A DNA stretch of 64,000 nt, taken from Eledone cirrhosa (Eukaryota). The position numbers and the translations under genes were made by a program. Positions 39,460 to 53,589 of this stretch are shown one piece after another (position 1 is the first letter of the stretch; the number at the start of each line of letters is the position of its first letter). The stretch lies in assembly GCA_964016885.1 (NCBI GenBank), contig OZ024741.1, positions 371,132,001 to 371,196,000 on the forward strand. Direction: 5' to 3'. The notes under the pieces were generated by a model that did no database searches, was not told where the DNA came from, and saw only the letters and a program-made list of their open reading frames with translations.

Positions 39460-42400
39460 TCTCTATATAAATTTGAGCAGCTTCCGTCCATCTGTCTGTC
39501 ACACACACACACTAGAGATAGCTGATGAAGGAAGGGGTGATGATGTCACACACTAGAGATAGCTGAGGAAGGAAGGGGTGATGATGTCATGCACTAGAGA
39601 TAGCTGAGGAAGGAAGGGGTGATGATGTCACACACTAGAGATAGCTGATGAAGGAAGGGGTGATGATGTCACGCACTAGAGATAGCTGATGAAGGAAGGG
39701 GTGATGATGTCACACACTAGAGATAGCTGAGGAAGGAAGGGGTGATGATGTCATGCACTAGAGATAGTTGAGGAAGGAAGGGGTGATGATGTCACACACT
39801 AGAGATAGCTGATGAAGGAAGGGGTGATGATGTCATGCACTAGAGATAGCTGAGGAAGGAAGGGGTGATAATGTCATGCACTAGAGATAGCTGAGGAAGG
39901 AAGGGGTGATGATGTCATGCACTAGAGATAGCTGAGGAAGGAAGGGGTGATGATGTCATGCACGAGAGATAGCTGATGAAGGAAGGGGTGATGATGTCAT
40001 GCACTAGAGATAGCTGAGGAAGGAAGGGGTGATGATGTCACGCACTAGAGATAGTTGAGGAAGGAAGGGGTGATGATGTCATGCACTAGAGATAGCTGAG
40101 GAAGGAAGGGGTGATGATGTCACACACTAGAGATAGCTGATGAAGGAAGGGGTGATGATGTCACACACTAGAGATAGCTGAGGAAGGAAGGGGTGATGAT
40201 GTCACACACTAGAGATAGTTGAGGAAGGAAGGGGTGATGATGTCACACACTAGAGATAGCTGAGGAAGGAAGGGGTGATGATGTCACACACTAGAGATAG
40301 CTGATGAAGGAAGGGGTGATGATGTCACACACTAGAGATAGTTGAGGAAGGAAGGGGTGATGATGTCACACACTAGAGATAGCTGATGAAGGAAGGGGTG
40401 ATGATGTCACACACTAGAGATAGCTGATGAAGGAAGGGGTGATTATGTCACACACTAGAGATAGCTGAGGAAGGAAGGGGTGATGATGTCACACACTAGA
40501 GATAGCTGAGGAAGGAAGGGGTGATGATGTCACACACTAGAGATAGTTGAGGAAGGAAGGGGTGATGATGTCACACACTAGAGGTAGCTGAGGAAGGAAG
40601 GGGTGATGATGTCACACACTAGAGATAGTTGAGGATGAAGGGGTGATGATGTCACGCACTAGAGATTACTGATGAAGGAAGGGGTGATGATGTCACGCAC
40701 TAGAGATAGCTGAGGAAGGAAGGGGTGATGATGTCACACACTAGAGATAGCTGAGGAAGGAAGGGGTGATGATGTCACACACTAGAGATAGTTGAGGAAG
40801 GAAGGGGTGATGATGTCACACACTAGAGATAGCTGAGGAAGGAAGGGGTGATGATGTCACACACTAGAGATAGCTGATGAAGGAAGGGGTGATGATGTCA
40901 CACACTAGAGATAGTTGAGGAAGGAAGGGGTGATGATGTCACACACTAGAGATAGCTGATGAAGGAAGGGGTGATGATGTCACACACTAGAGATAGCTGA
41001 TGAAGGAAGGGGTGATTATGTCACACACTAGAGATAGCTGAGGAAGGAAGGGGTGATGATGTCACACACTAGAGATAGCTGAGGAAGGAAGGGGTGATGA
41101 TGTCACACACTAGAGATAGTTGAGGAAGGAAGGGGTGATGATGTCACACACTAGAGGTAGCTGAGGAAGGAAGGGGTGATGATGTCACACACTAGAGATA
41201 GTTGAGGATGAAGGGGTGATGATGTCACGCACTAGAGATTACTGATGAAGGAAGGGGTGATGATGTCACGCACTAGAGATAGCTGAGGAAGGAAGGGGTG
41301 ATGATGTCACACACTAGAGATAGCTGAGGAAGGAAGGGGTGATGATGTCACACACTAGAGATAGTTGAGGAAGGAAGGAGTGATGATGTCACACACTAGA
41401 GATAGCTGATGAAGGAAGGGGTGATGATGTCATACACTAGAGATAGCTGAGGAAGGAAGGGGTGATGATGTCACACACTAGAGATAGCTGATGAAGGAAG
41501 GGGTGATGATGTCACACACTAGAGATAGCTGAGGAAGGAAGGGGTGATGATGTCACACACTAGAGATAGCTGAGGAAGGAAGGGGTGATGATGTCACACA
41601 CTAGAGATAGCTGAGGAAGGAAGGGGTGATGATGTCATGCACTAGAGAAAGCTGAGGAAGGAAGGGGTGATGATGTCACACACTAGAGATAGCTGATGAA
41701 GGAAGGGGTGATGATGTCACGCACTAGAGATAGCTGATGAAGGAAGGGGTGATGATGTCACACACTAGAGATAGCTGAGGAAGGAAGGGGTGATGATGTC
41801 ACACACTAGAGATAGTTGAGGAAGGAAGGGGTGATGATGTCACACACTAGAGATAGCTGATGAAGGAAGGGGTGATGATGTCACACACTAGAGATAGCTG
41901 AGGAAGGAAGGGGTGATGATGTCACACACTAGAGATAGCTGATGAAGGAAGGGGTGATGATGTCACACACTAGAGATAGCTGAGGAAGGAAGGGGTGATG
42001 ATGTCACACACTAGAGATAGCTGAGGAAGGAAGGGGTGATGATGTCACACACTAGAGATAGTTGAGGAAGGAAGGGGTGATGATGTCACACACTAGAGAT
42101 AGCTGAGGAAGGAAGGGGTGATGATGTCACACACTAGAGATAGCTGAGGAAGGAAGGGGTGATGATGTCATGCACTAGAGATAGCTGATGAAGGAAGGGG
42201 TGATGATGTCATGCACTAGAGATAGCTGAGGAAGGAAGGGGTGATGATGTCACGCACTAGAGATAGTTGAGGAAGGAAGGGGTGATGATGTCATGCACTA
42301 GAGATAGCTGAGGAAGGAAGGGGTGATGATGTCACACACTAGAGATAGCTGAGGAAGGAAGGGGTGATGATGTCACACACTAGAGATAGCTGAGGAAGGA

Positions 42401-45400
42401 AGGGGTGATGATGTCATGCACTAGAGATAGCTGAGGAAGGAAGGGGTGATGATGTCACGCACTAGAGATAGTTGAGGAAGGAAGGGGTGATGATGTCATG
42501 CACTAGAGATAGCTGAGGAAGGAAGGGGTGATGATGTCACACACTGGAGATAGCTGAGGAAGGAAGGGGTGATGATGTCACACACTAGAGATAGCTGAGG
42601 AAGGAAGGGGTGATGATGTCATGCACTAGAGATTACTGAGGAAGGAAGGGGTGATGATGTCACGCACTAGAGATAGCTGAGGAAGGAAGGGGTGATGATG
42701 TCACACACTAGAGATAGCTGAGGAAGGAAGGGGTGATGATGTCACACACTAGAGATAGCTGATGAAGGAAGGGGTGATGATGTCACACACTAGAGATAGC
42801 TGAGGAAGGAAGGGGTGATGATGTCACACACTAGAGATAGCTGATGAAGGAAGGGGTGATGATGTCACACACTAGAGATAGCTGAGGAAGGAAGGGGTGA
42901 TGATGTCACACACTAGAGATAGCTGAGGAAGGAAGGGGTGATGATGTCACACACTAGAGATAGCTGAGGAAAGAAGGGGTGATGATGTCATGCACTAGAG
43001 ATAGCTGATGAAGGAAGGGGTGATGATGTCATGCACTAGAGATAGCTGAGGAAGGAAGGGGTGATGATGTCACACACTAGAGATAGCTGAGGAAGGAAGG
43101 GGTGATGATGTCACACACTAGAGATAGCTGATGAAGGAAGGGGTGATGATGTCACACACTAGAGATAGCTGAGGAAGGAAGGGGTGATGATGTCACACAC
43201 TAGAGATAGCTGAGGAAGGAAGGGGTGATGATGTCACACACTAGAGATAGTTGAGGAAGGAAGGGGTGATGATGTCACACACTAGAGATAGCTGAGGAAG
43301 GAAGGGGTGGTGATGTCACACACTAGAGATAGCTGAGGAAGGAAGGGGTGATGATGTCATGCACTAGAGATAGCTGATGAAGAAAGGGGTGATGATGTCA
43401 TGCACTAGAGATAGCTGAGGAAGGAAGGGGTGATGATGTCACGCACTAGAGATAGTTGAGGAAGGAAGGGGTGATGATGTCATGCACTAGAGATAGCTGA
43501 GGAAGGAAGGGGTGATGATGTCACACACTAGAGATAGCTGAGGAAGGAAGGGGTGATGATGTCACACACTAGAGATAGCTGAGGAAGGAAGGGGTGATGA
43601 TGTCATGCACTAGAGATAGCTGAGGAAGGAAGGGGTGATGATGTCACGCACTAGAGATAGTTGAGGAAGGAAGGGGTGATGATGTCATGCACTAGAGATA
43701 GCTGAGGAAGGAAGGGGTGATGATGTCACACACTGGAGATAGCTGAGGAAGGAAGGGGTGATGATGTCACACACTAGAGATAGCTGAGGAAGGAAGGGGT
43801 GATGATGTCATGCACTAGAGATTACTGAGGAAGGAAGGGGTGATGATGTCACGCACTAGAGATAGCTGAGGAAGGAAGGGGTGATGATGTCACACACTAG
43901 AGATAGCTGAGGAAGGAAGGGGTGATGATGTCACACACTAGAGATAGCTGATGAAGGAAGGGGTGATGATGTCACACACTAGAGATAGCTGAGGAAGGAA
44001 GGGGTGATGATGTCACACACTAGAGATAGCTGATGAAGGAAGGGGTGATGATGTCACACACTAGAGATAGCTGAGGAAGGAAGGGGTGATGATGTCACAC
44101 ACTAGAGATAGCTGAGGAAGGAAGGGGTGATGATGTCACACACTAGAGATAGCTGAGGAAGGAAGGGGTGATGATGTCATGCACTAGAGATAGCTGATGA
44201 AGGAAGGGGTGATGATGTCATGCACTAGAGATAGCTGAGGAAGGAAGGGGTGATGATGTCACGCACTAGAGATAGTTGAGGAAGGAAGGGGTGATGATGT
44301 CATGCACTAGAGATAGCTGATGAAGGAAGGGGTGATGATGTCATGCACTAGAGATAGCTGAGGAAGGAAGGGGTGATGATGTCACGCACTAGAGATAGTT
44401 GAGGAAGGAAGGGGTGATGATGTCACACACTAGAGATAGCTGATGAAGGAAGGGGTGATGATGTCACACACTAGAGATAGCTGAGGAAGGAAGGGGTGAT
44501 GATGTCACACACTAGAGATAGCTGAGGAAGGAAGGGGTGATGATGTCACACACTAGAGATAGCTGAGGAAGGAAGGGGTGATGATGTCACACACTAGAGA
44601 TAGCTGAGGAAGGAAGGGGTGATGATGTCATGCACTAGAGATAGCTGATGAAGGAAGGGGTGATGATGTCATGCACTAGAGATAGCTGAGGAAGGAAGGG
44701 GTGATGATGTCACGCACTAGAGATAGTTGAGGAAGGAAGGGGTGATGATGTCATGCACTAGAGATAGCTGAGGAAGGAAGGGGTGATGATGTCACACACT
44801 AGAGATAGCTGATGAAGGAAGGGGTGATGATGTCATGCACTAGAGATAGCTGAGGAAGGAAGGGGTGATGATGTCACACACTAGAGATAGCTGATGAAGG
44901 AAGGGGTGATGATGTCACACACTAGAGATAGCTGAGGAAGGAAGGGGTGATGATGTCACACACTAGAGATAGTTGAGGAAGGAAGGAGTGATGATGTCAC
45001 ACACTAGAGATAGCTGAGGAAGGAAGAGGTGATGATGTCACACACTAGAGATAGCTGATGAAGGAAGGGGTGATGATGTCACACACTAGAGATAGTTGAG
45101 GAAGGAAGGGGTGATGATGTCACACACTAGAGATAGCTGATGAAGGAAGGGGTGATGATGTCACACACTAGAGATAACTGATGAAGGAAGGGGTGATTAT
45201 GTCACACACTAGAGTTAGCTGAGGAAGGAAGGGGTAATGATGTCACACACTAGAGATAGCTGAGGAAGGAAGGGGTGATGATGTCACACACTAGAGATAG
45301 TTGAGGAAGGAAGGGGTGATGATGTCACACACTAGAGATAGCTGAGGAAGGAAGGGGTGATGATGTCACACACTAGAGATAGCTGAGGAAGGAAGGGGTG

Positions 45401-48400
45401 ATGATGTCACACACTAGAGATAGCTGAGGAAGGAAGGGGTGATGATGTCACACACTAGAGATAGTTGAGGAAGGAAGGGGTGATGATGTCACACACTAGA
45501 GATAGCTGAGGAAGGAAGGGGTGATGATGTCACGCACTAGAGATTACTGAGGAAGGAAGGGGTGATGATGTCACACACTAGAGATAGCTGAGGAAGGAAG
45601 GGGTGATGATGTCACACACTAGAGATAGCTGATGAAGGAAGGGGTGATGATGTCACACACTAGAGATAGCTGAGGAAGAAAGGGGTGATGATGTCACACA
45701 CTAGAGATAGCTGATGAAGGAAGGGGTGATGATGTCACACACTAGAGATAGTTGAGGAAGGAAGGGGTGATGATGTCACGCACTAGAGATTACTAAGGAA
45801 GGAAGGGGTGATGATGTCACGCACTAGAGATAGCTGAGGAAGGAAGGGGTGATGATGTCACACACTAGAGATAGCTGAGGAAGGAAGGGTGATGATGTCA
45901 CACACTAGAGATAGTTGAGGAAGGAAGGGGTGATGATGTCACACACTAGAGATAGCTGATGAAGGAAGGGGTGATGATGTCACACACTAGAGATAGCTGA
46001 GGAAGGAAGGGGTGATGATGTCACACACTAGAGATAGCTGATGAAGGAAGGGGTGATGATGTCACACACTAGAGATAGCTGAGGAAGGAAGGGGTGATGA
46101 TGTCACACACTAGAGATAGCTGAGGAAGGAAGGGGTGATGATGTCACACACTAGAGATAGCTGATGAAGGAAGGGGTGATGATGTCACACACTAGAGATA
46201 GTTGAGGAAGGAAGGGGTGATGATGTCACACACTAGAGATAGCTGATGAAGGAAGGGGTGATGATGTCACACACTAGAGATAGCTGATGAATGAAGGGGT
46301 GATTATGTCACACACTAGAGATAGCTGAGGAAGGAAGGGGTGATGATGTCACGCACTAGAGATAGCTGAGGAAGGAAGGGGTGATGATGTCATGCACTAG
46401 AGATAGCTGATGAAGGAAGGGGTGATGATGTCATGCACTAGAGATAGCTGAGGAAGGAAGGGGTGATGATGTCACGCACTAGAGTTAGCTGAGGAAGGAA
46501 GGGGTGATGATGTCATGCACTAGAGATAGCTGATGAAGGAAGGGGTGATGATGTCATGCACTAGAGATAGCTGAGGAAGGAAGGGGTGATGATGTCACGC
46601 ACTAGAGATAGTTGAGGAAGGAAGGGGTGATGATGTCATGCACTAGAGATAGCTGAGGAAGGAAGGGGTGATGATGTCACACACTAGAGATAGCTGATGA
46701 AGGAAGGGGTGATGATGTCACACACTAGAGATAGCTGAGGAAGGAAGGGGTGATGATGTCACACTCTAGAGATAGTTGAGGAAGGAAGGGGTGATGATGT
46801 CACACACTAGAGATAGCTGAGGAAGGAAGGGGTGATGATGTCACACACTAGAGATAGCTGATGAAGGAAGGGGTGATGATGTCACACACTAGAGATAGCT
46901 GATGAATGAAGGGGTGATTATGTCACACACTAGAGATAGCTGGGGAAGGAAGGGGTGATGATGTCACACACTAGAGATAGTTGAGGAAGGAAGGGGTGAT
47001 GATGTCACACACTAGAGATAGCTGAGGAAGGAAGGGGTGATGATGTCACACACTAGAGATAGCTGAGGAAGGAAGGGGTGATGATGTCACACACTAGAGA
47101 TAGCTGAGGAAGGAAGGGGTGATGATGTCACACACTAGAGATAGTTGAGGAAGGAAGGGGTGATGATGTCACACACTAGAGATAGCTGAGGAAGGAAGGG
47201 GTGATGATGTCACACACTGGAGATAGGTGAGGAAGGAAGGGGTGATGATGTCACACACTAGAGATAGCTGAGGAAGGAAGGGGTGATGATGTCACGCACT
47301 AGAGATAGCTGAGGAAGGAAGGGGTGATGATGTCACGCACTAGAGATAGCTGATGAAGGAAGGGGTGATGATGTCACACACTAGAGATAGCTGATGAAGG
47401 AAGGGGTGATGATGTCACACACTAGAGATAGCTGAGGAAGGAAGGGGTGATGATGTCACACACTAGAGATAGCTGATGAAGGAAGGGGTGATGATGTCAC
47501 ACACTAGAGATTGTTGAGGAAGGAAGGGGTGATGATGTCACACACTAGAGATAGCTGAGGAAGGAAGGGGTGATGATGTCATGCACTAGAGATAGCTGAG
47601 GAAGGAAGGGGTGATGATGTCACACACTAGAGATAGTTGAGGAAGGAAGGGGTGATGATGTCACACACTAGAGATAGCTGAGGAAGGAAGGGGTGATGAT
47701 GTCATGCACTAGAGATAGCTGAGGAAGGAAGGGGTGATGATGTCACACACTAGAGATAGTTGAGGAAGGAAGGGGTGATGATGTCACACACTAGAGATAG
47801 CTGAGGAAGGAAGGGGTGATGATGTCACACACTAGAGATAGCGGAGGAAGGAAGGGGTGATGATGTCACGTACTAGAGATAGCTGAGGAAGGAAGGGGTG
47901 ATGATGTCACACACTAGAGATAGCTGAGGAAGGAAGGGGTGATGATGTCACACACTAGAGATAGTTGAGGAAGGAAGGGGTGATGATGTCACGCACTAGA
48001 GATAACTGAGGAAGGAAGGGGTGATGATGTCACGCACTAGAGATAGTTGAGGAAGGAAGGGGTGATGATGTCACACACTAGAGATAGCTGAGGAAGGAAG
48101 GGGTGATGATGTCACACACTAGAGATAGTTGAGGAAGGAAGGGGTGATGATGTCACACACTAGAGATAGCTGATGAAGGAAGGGGTGATGATGTCACACA
48201 CTAGAGATAGTTGAGGAAGAAAGGGGTGATGATGTCACACACTAGAGATAGCTGAGGAAGGAAGGGGTGATGATGTCACACACTAGAGATAGTTGAGGAA
48301 GGAAGGGGTGATGATGTCACACACTAGAGATAGCTGAGGAAGGAAGGGGTGATCATGTCACACACTAGAGATAGCGGAGGAAGGAAGGGGTGATGATGTC

Positions 48401-49228
48401 ACGCACTAGAGATAGCTGAGGAAGGAAGGGGTGATGATGTCACACACTAGAGATAGCTGAGGAAGGAAGGGGTGATGATGTCACACACTAGAGATAGCTG
48501 AGGAAGGAAGGGGTGATGATGTCACACACTAGAGATAGCTGAGGAAGGAAGGGGTGATGATGTCACACACTAGAGATAGTTGAGGAAGGAAGGGGTGATG
48601 ATGTCACACACTAGAGATAGCTGAGGAAGGAAGGGGTGATGATGTCATGCACTAGAGATAGTTGAGGAAGGAAGGGGTGATGATGTCACGCACTAGAGAT
48701 AACTGAGGAAGGAAGGGGTGATGATGTCACGCACTAGAGATAGCTGAGGAAGGAAGGGGTGATGATGTCACACACTAGAGATAGCTGAGGAAGGAAGGGG
48801 TGATGATGTCACACACTAGAGATAGTTGAGGAAGGAAGGGGTGATGATGTCACACACTAGAGATAGCTGAGGAAGGAAGGGGTGGTGATGTCACACACTA
48901 GAGATAGCTGAGGAAGGAAGGGGTGATGATGTCACGCACTAGAGATAGCTGAGGAAGGAAGAGGTGATGACAAACTACAGAAAACAGCATCTAACATTCA
49001 GTGATGCAGGCTGCTACCACTGTTGTTATGACTCTCTCTTTACATTTGATGCAGGCTGCTACCACTGTTTTTATGACTACCTCATACTACTCCTCTCTTT
49101 TTATTGCTGATGCAGGCCGCTACCACCGTTGTTATGACTACCTCATACTACTCCTCTCTCTTTACATCTGATGCAGGCTGCTACCACACACATTCACATA
49201 TGCGTCAGCGTGTTGAAAAAAATCCTTG
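39460..49228 (+). mobile_element. Non-autonomous Helitron-like element hosting the 41-bp satellite
   Basis: A|TC start, subterminal hairpin 49198-49213, CTTG|T end, no TSD, splits a decayed SINE. Confidence 0.6.
39510..48970 (+). repeat. 41-bp satellite, ~230 copies
   Basis: cactagagatagctgaggaaggaaggggtgatgatgtcaca with recurrent variants. Confidence 0.99.
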
Positions 49229-49744
49229 TATAATAAATTACTGGTTAAGTTCTGGAGTCAATGTAATTGACTGACTACCTGCCAACAAATTTCTAGCCTT
49301 GAGCTATTTTAGAAACAGTTACCTAGCCCAAAGTCAACCTTGACCAGGCAGACCTATGGTCAAAGGCACACCAGGTGTGTACAAAAAATAAGTCACTAAA
49401 CAGAATATAAAATAGACTGCAATGACTTCACTATATATATAAATCAGAAACATGTAGAAGCAAGTTGTATTTTATTGTATTATCATTTCTTATACAAATG
49501 TCAGGTTCTAGCCTGAGAGCTCATTTGATCCCCTGTGTAGTCCCATTGACACCCCCCATCCATGTAGCCCCATTGTCACCTGTGTAATCCCATCTATCCC
49601 TTTGAGTAATTTGAAAGATGTTTAGCTGCTGTTTCTTGTAGTTCAAATAATCACAACACATTTTGTCATTTCTTTTGCTTGAAATCACAAATTCAATAAA
49701 CTTGGTTACAAACTCTTCAGTTTTAACTTCAGGTTAACCATTAA

Positions 49745-49938
49745 TCCTTTAGCATTTAAACTGGCCATATCCGACCAGAATTCTCTCACCTCTTTCTGTT
49801 CAAACCGGCCATAAACGGCCACTCATACTGGTATTAAAATAAATAATATCAAAATCTCATAGATTCGATATTGTGTGAGATAAAGCCTTTACTGCAAAAA
49901 TACAATAGTAAATATAGAGTAATGTAAATGCTAAAGGG
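49745..49938. mobile_element. piggyBac-type MITE (partial reverse copy at ~54940-55087)
   Basis: TTAA|tcctttagcattta .. taaatgctaaaggg|TTAA. Confidence 0.75.
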
Positions 49939-50199
49939 TTAAGGTCCTGTACTACACGAAACCACATTAGCAAGACATTCTTGAATAGTACAAAATAGCA
50001 CTATGGTTATATCACATTATAAAATAAAGTCTTTGTTTTAGTTTACTGCAAATTTTGATTACAATCTGTCCGCTAATGAAGATGCTTTAAAAGATATTTG
50101 AATTAATAAACCTATTTTTAGATATTTTTTGCTACATCATTACAGTATCGTAAGTTAATCAAGAAAGATGGTTTTCAGTCATATTCATAAACATGACAG

Positions 50200-50490
50200 G
50201 CCTTTCGATACTTGTTAGAAGGGTATAGTTATGTTCAGCTTGAGCCATAAATGGATGTCATTGTAGAAAACTAGTGAGCAGGAGGTGAATTCCAGAAGAG
50301 GAGCAAATCTGACATGGAAGCAGTAGTATACAAAGTATTTCTGGCAGAGTCTGGGAAGTGATGGAAGGAGGAGAGACAAATGAGTTGGGTTTGACTAGGT
50401 AGAGAAGATATGTAACTAGCTATTTCAGAGGAGAAGACACTGTTGTTGTAGTAATCAAAGGCAAAGAGAGAAAAATCATGCCTCTGTGTG
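50200..50490 (-). mobile_element. Highly decayed CR1/L2-group LINE 3' fragment
   Basis: Minus-strand remnants ..YYNN..SSEIAS..LFWNSPP. Confidence 0.4.
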
Positions 50491-50856
50491 TTAATGGGTG
50501 TGGTGGTTATGATGATTATGATAGATCATCCATTAAATTCAATGATGAGCATTAAGTTGTCTGATCAACTAACATGTAAAGGGGTCTCAGTATTCTACAG
50601 ACATGCATAACAGTAATACAATTCTCTGGCTGAATCAGCATGACACAAAATGTGACAAAGCTGGAGCTTTACATTGCTGTACAGTCCATCTGACAATCTT
50701 CCACACAACTTCTGTCTACTTAATTTCACTCAGCAGGCATGGGTCAGTTAAAAGACATGCATGCCAGATGTCACACAGTGAAATTAAACCTGAGATCTCG
50801 TAATTGCAAAGCAAACTTCTTAACAACTTGGCTTTGCTCATATCCATTTTAATGAT

Positions 50857-51071
50857 TGTTTCTACTTTAGGCACAAGGCCAGCAATTTGAAGGGGAGGGG
50901 AAAGTCGATGAAATTGACCCTAGTGCATTACTGGTGCTTCATTTATCGATCCTGTAAGGATGAAAGGCAATGCTAACCTTGGCAGGATTTGAACTCAGCA
51001 CGCAAATGGCCATAACTCTGTGCCACAAAGCATGGTGTCTGATGCTCTACCGATACTGCCACTTCACCACC
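50857..51071 (-). mobile_element. tRNA-derived SINE with 20-bp TSD
   Basis: TSD ctcatatccattttaatgat at 50837-50856 and 51072-51091. Confidence 0.88.
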
Positions 51072-52841
51072 CTCATATCCATTTTAATGATGAGAAGTAA
51101 TTGCTTTATTTATTCCATTTCGTACATATAAACACAATTAATGTAATATATTTGATGAATATGAAATATTCAAAAGAAATAAAACAATAGAAATCCATCA
51201 AAGCAAAGGAGGGTAGCATTGCAAAAGACTATAAATGAGAGGAAAAGGGCAGGGCAAGGATTATTAAGCAATGAAAGGGAGAGGGTGATAGACTCTACAT
51301 CTAAGTCAGAGTGGTGTTTCGGCTGAACCCTGTGAACAAAATGGCGAAGGCATTGCTTTGGACAATGACCAGCAACAGCCACTCCGCCTCACGGGGCTCC
51401 TTCCTTATTTAGGCTGCTTTTAATGATAGTAACATGTTGGTGAGGCAACAGCCTTCTGAATTAGACTGCTTTAATGATTGTATTGGTGAGGGAATTTTCA
51501 TTCAATTGACTAACCCATGCTACCATAGAAAAATAGACGGTGATGATGATAATGATGATGACGACTGGCCTTTTTTAAATGTAGTTAAGGATGTTTGTGT
51601 TTGTATGTAGCATTAATTCATTAATTACCAATGACAATCTCCATCATTTAAGCAGCTCTCACTCATGTGGATTGTTATTTGAGATTTGTTGAAGGTCAGC
51701 AACATATCCAGCTAAAATACTTAAGTCTGAGGAAATAACAACTAAACTGACAGTGATACAGACATATTCAGAAGGATTGATTGATGTACAAAGCTATATG
51801 GATATAACTATAAAGATAGAACTATACAAATAGCACTATATGGGTAGAATTATGTATGTAAAAAGTAAACAGAAATAACAAAGCAAATGGCACAGTACAA
51901 TGAAGAAATATGTTGGTTTAATGCTTGATATAGTTGGAAAAGAGGTTTAATGTTTCCGATGTTAGTCTTTCATCAACAGATAGAATGAGAAATAAAAGAT
52001 GAAATAGAAAGATAGAATCTGAGAAGATGAAAGAATGGAAAAACATTTTTTTGAGAAAAAAACATGTGTATTCATTCAGTCAGCCATTTTGGAGGCCCCC
52101 TCCCCTAGATAACTATATAGAGAGAACAAGAGAGTGAAAGAAAATACAGCTTATGTAAAGCTGTTGGGCTATTGGTTTCCATTGTGAAGAGCTTAACTCG
52201 TAACATTTTGTAATGATTTAGATGAAAATATCTAAAGACAGGTTTGTTAATTCAAATGTTTATAGTGTCTTTACTGATGGACAGATTGTCGTGAAAAGTT
52301 TTCAGTAAACTAAAGTAGGGGCATATTTAATATGATGTAGTCATAGTGCTGTTTGTACTTTTCAAGAATGTCTAACTAATGTTGTTTCATGTGATACAGG
52401 ACGTTAAAAGCTTGAAAAAAATCCACTGATTGTCACGTATTCCACTGTTTGCCTTAATTTCCACATCTGCTGACATTTTTACTACATAGATGAGTGGTTA
52501 ATGGCAGGAAGAGCATCTTCTACCAAATTTTATGTAAATATCAACCATGTACCCCTTCCACCGTTACTGCCACCATCACTACCCAACTATTCTGACATGA
52601 AGAAATATGTTAAACAGGAGAAAATAGATTTGGCAACATATACTGGCAGAAATGGTAGAGTGACATGTATTAAAATGCTTTTCAGTATTCATTTGCATTT
52701 CTTTTGCATTCTGCATTCAAATCTTACTCGTGGCAACTTTTTATTTCATCTTTCCAAGTGCAATAAAGAACTCATATCATGGTGTGGTTAACTCTTTCAA
52801 CACTCAATTTTCATCCATAATGCCTTTTCTTACTACGAAGT

Positions 52842-53241
52842 TAAACCTACAGTCAGTAGGCACCTCTTAACCAAATATATACCCCAACCCACTACCCCTA
52901 CTCCATCCTCCCACTTCCACCTGCACCAACCTTTCTCTGTAAAGTTATGTTGGTACCACAACATCTAGTCCACACTAAAGAGGTCATGTAGGTGTCACGA
53001 CCAAAAGCACCCAGTCCACACTGTACAGTGTTTATGTAGAAGACACAGTAAAAAGGCTCCCAGTCCACACTGTAAATGTGGTTGGTGTTAGGAATGGCAT
53101 CCAGCCGTAGAAAACCTGCCGGATAGATACAGTCCTATACAAGCAAGACACGGTCACCCGACCAATCTTGCCTCAAGTGGGACAATTCCCGTCTAACCCA
53201 TGCTAGCATGGAAGATAGGCATTAAACGATGATGATGATGA
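52842..53241 (+). mobile_element. RTE 3'UTR fragment
   Basis: Matches ~29335-29712. Confidence 0.88.
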
Positions 53242-53589
53242 AACATAACTACCTATTTTTAAGTATTTGCAAAGGGTCCTACTTTTACATCTCCACTCAT
53301 GTCTGAACTACTCACCTGCTTCGTCCCTGGCCAGAGAACATAGCAAAACTCACACACTCATTTGTACAAGTCACAACAAGCAACCGCATTCTATTGTGGC
53401 ACACAGATCAAGAGAGAGACATGGCATCATGGACCCCTTGCTTCGCGTAAGACTGCCCTTGCACTTCCAAGTCCCTAGCTTCACAGTATTCATATTTTAA
53501 ATTAAAACCTTCCGTTGTAAATTTATTTAAGAATATATTCTTTATGTTCCAAACACCAGTAAACACCAAATTAATATAAAAAAGACATT

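Noticed and set aside
39510-48970. CTGATGA/CTGAGGA in each satellite unit as a hammerhead satellite
   Set aside because: No GAAA box or stem II/III pairing in the unit.
51940-51980. Minus-strand TTGATGA..GAAAC hammerhead remnant in a pLTR-like context
   Set aside because: C3 mutated and stems I-III do not pair convincingly; at best a dead relic.
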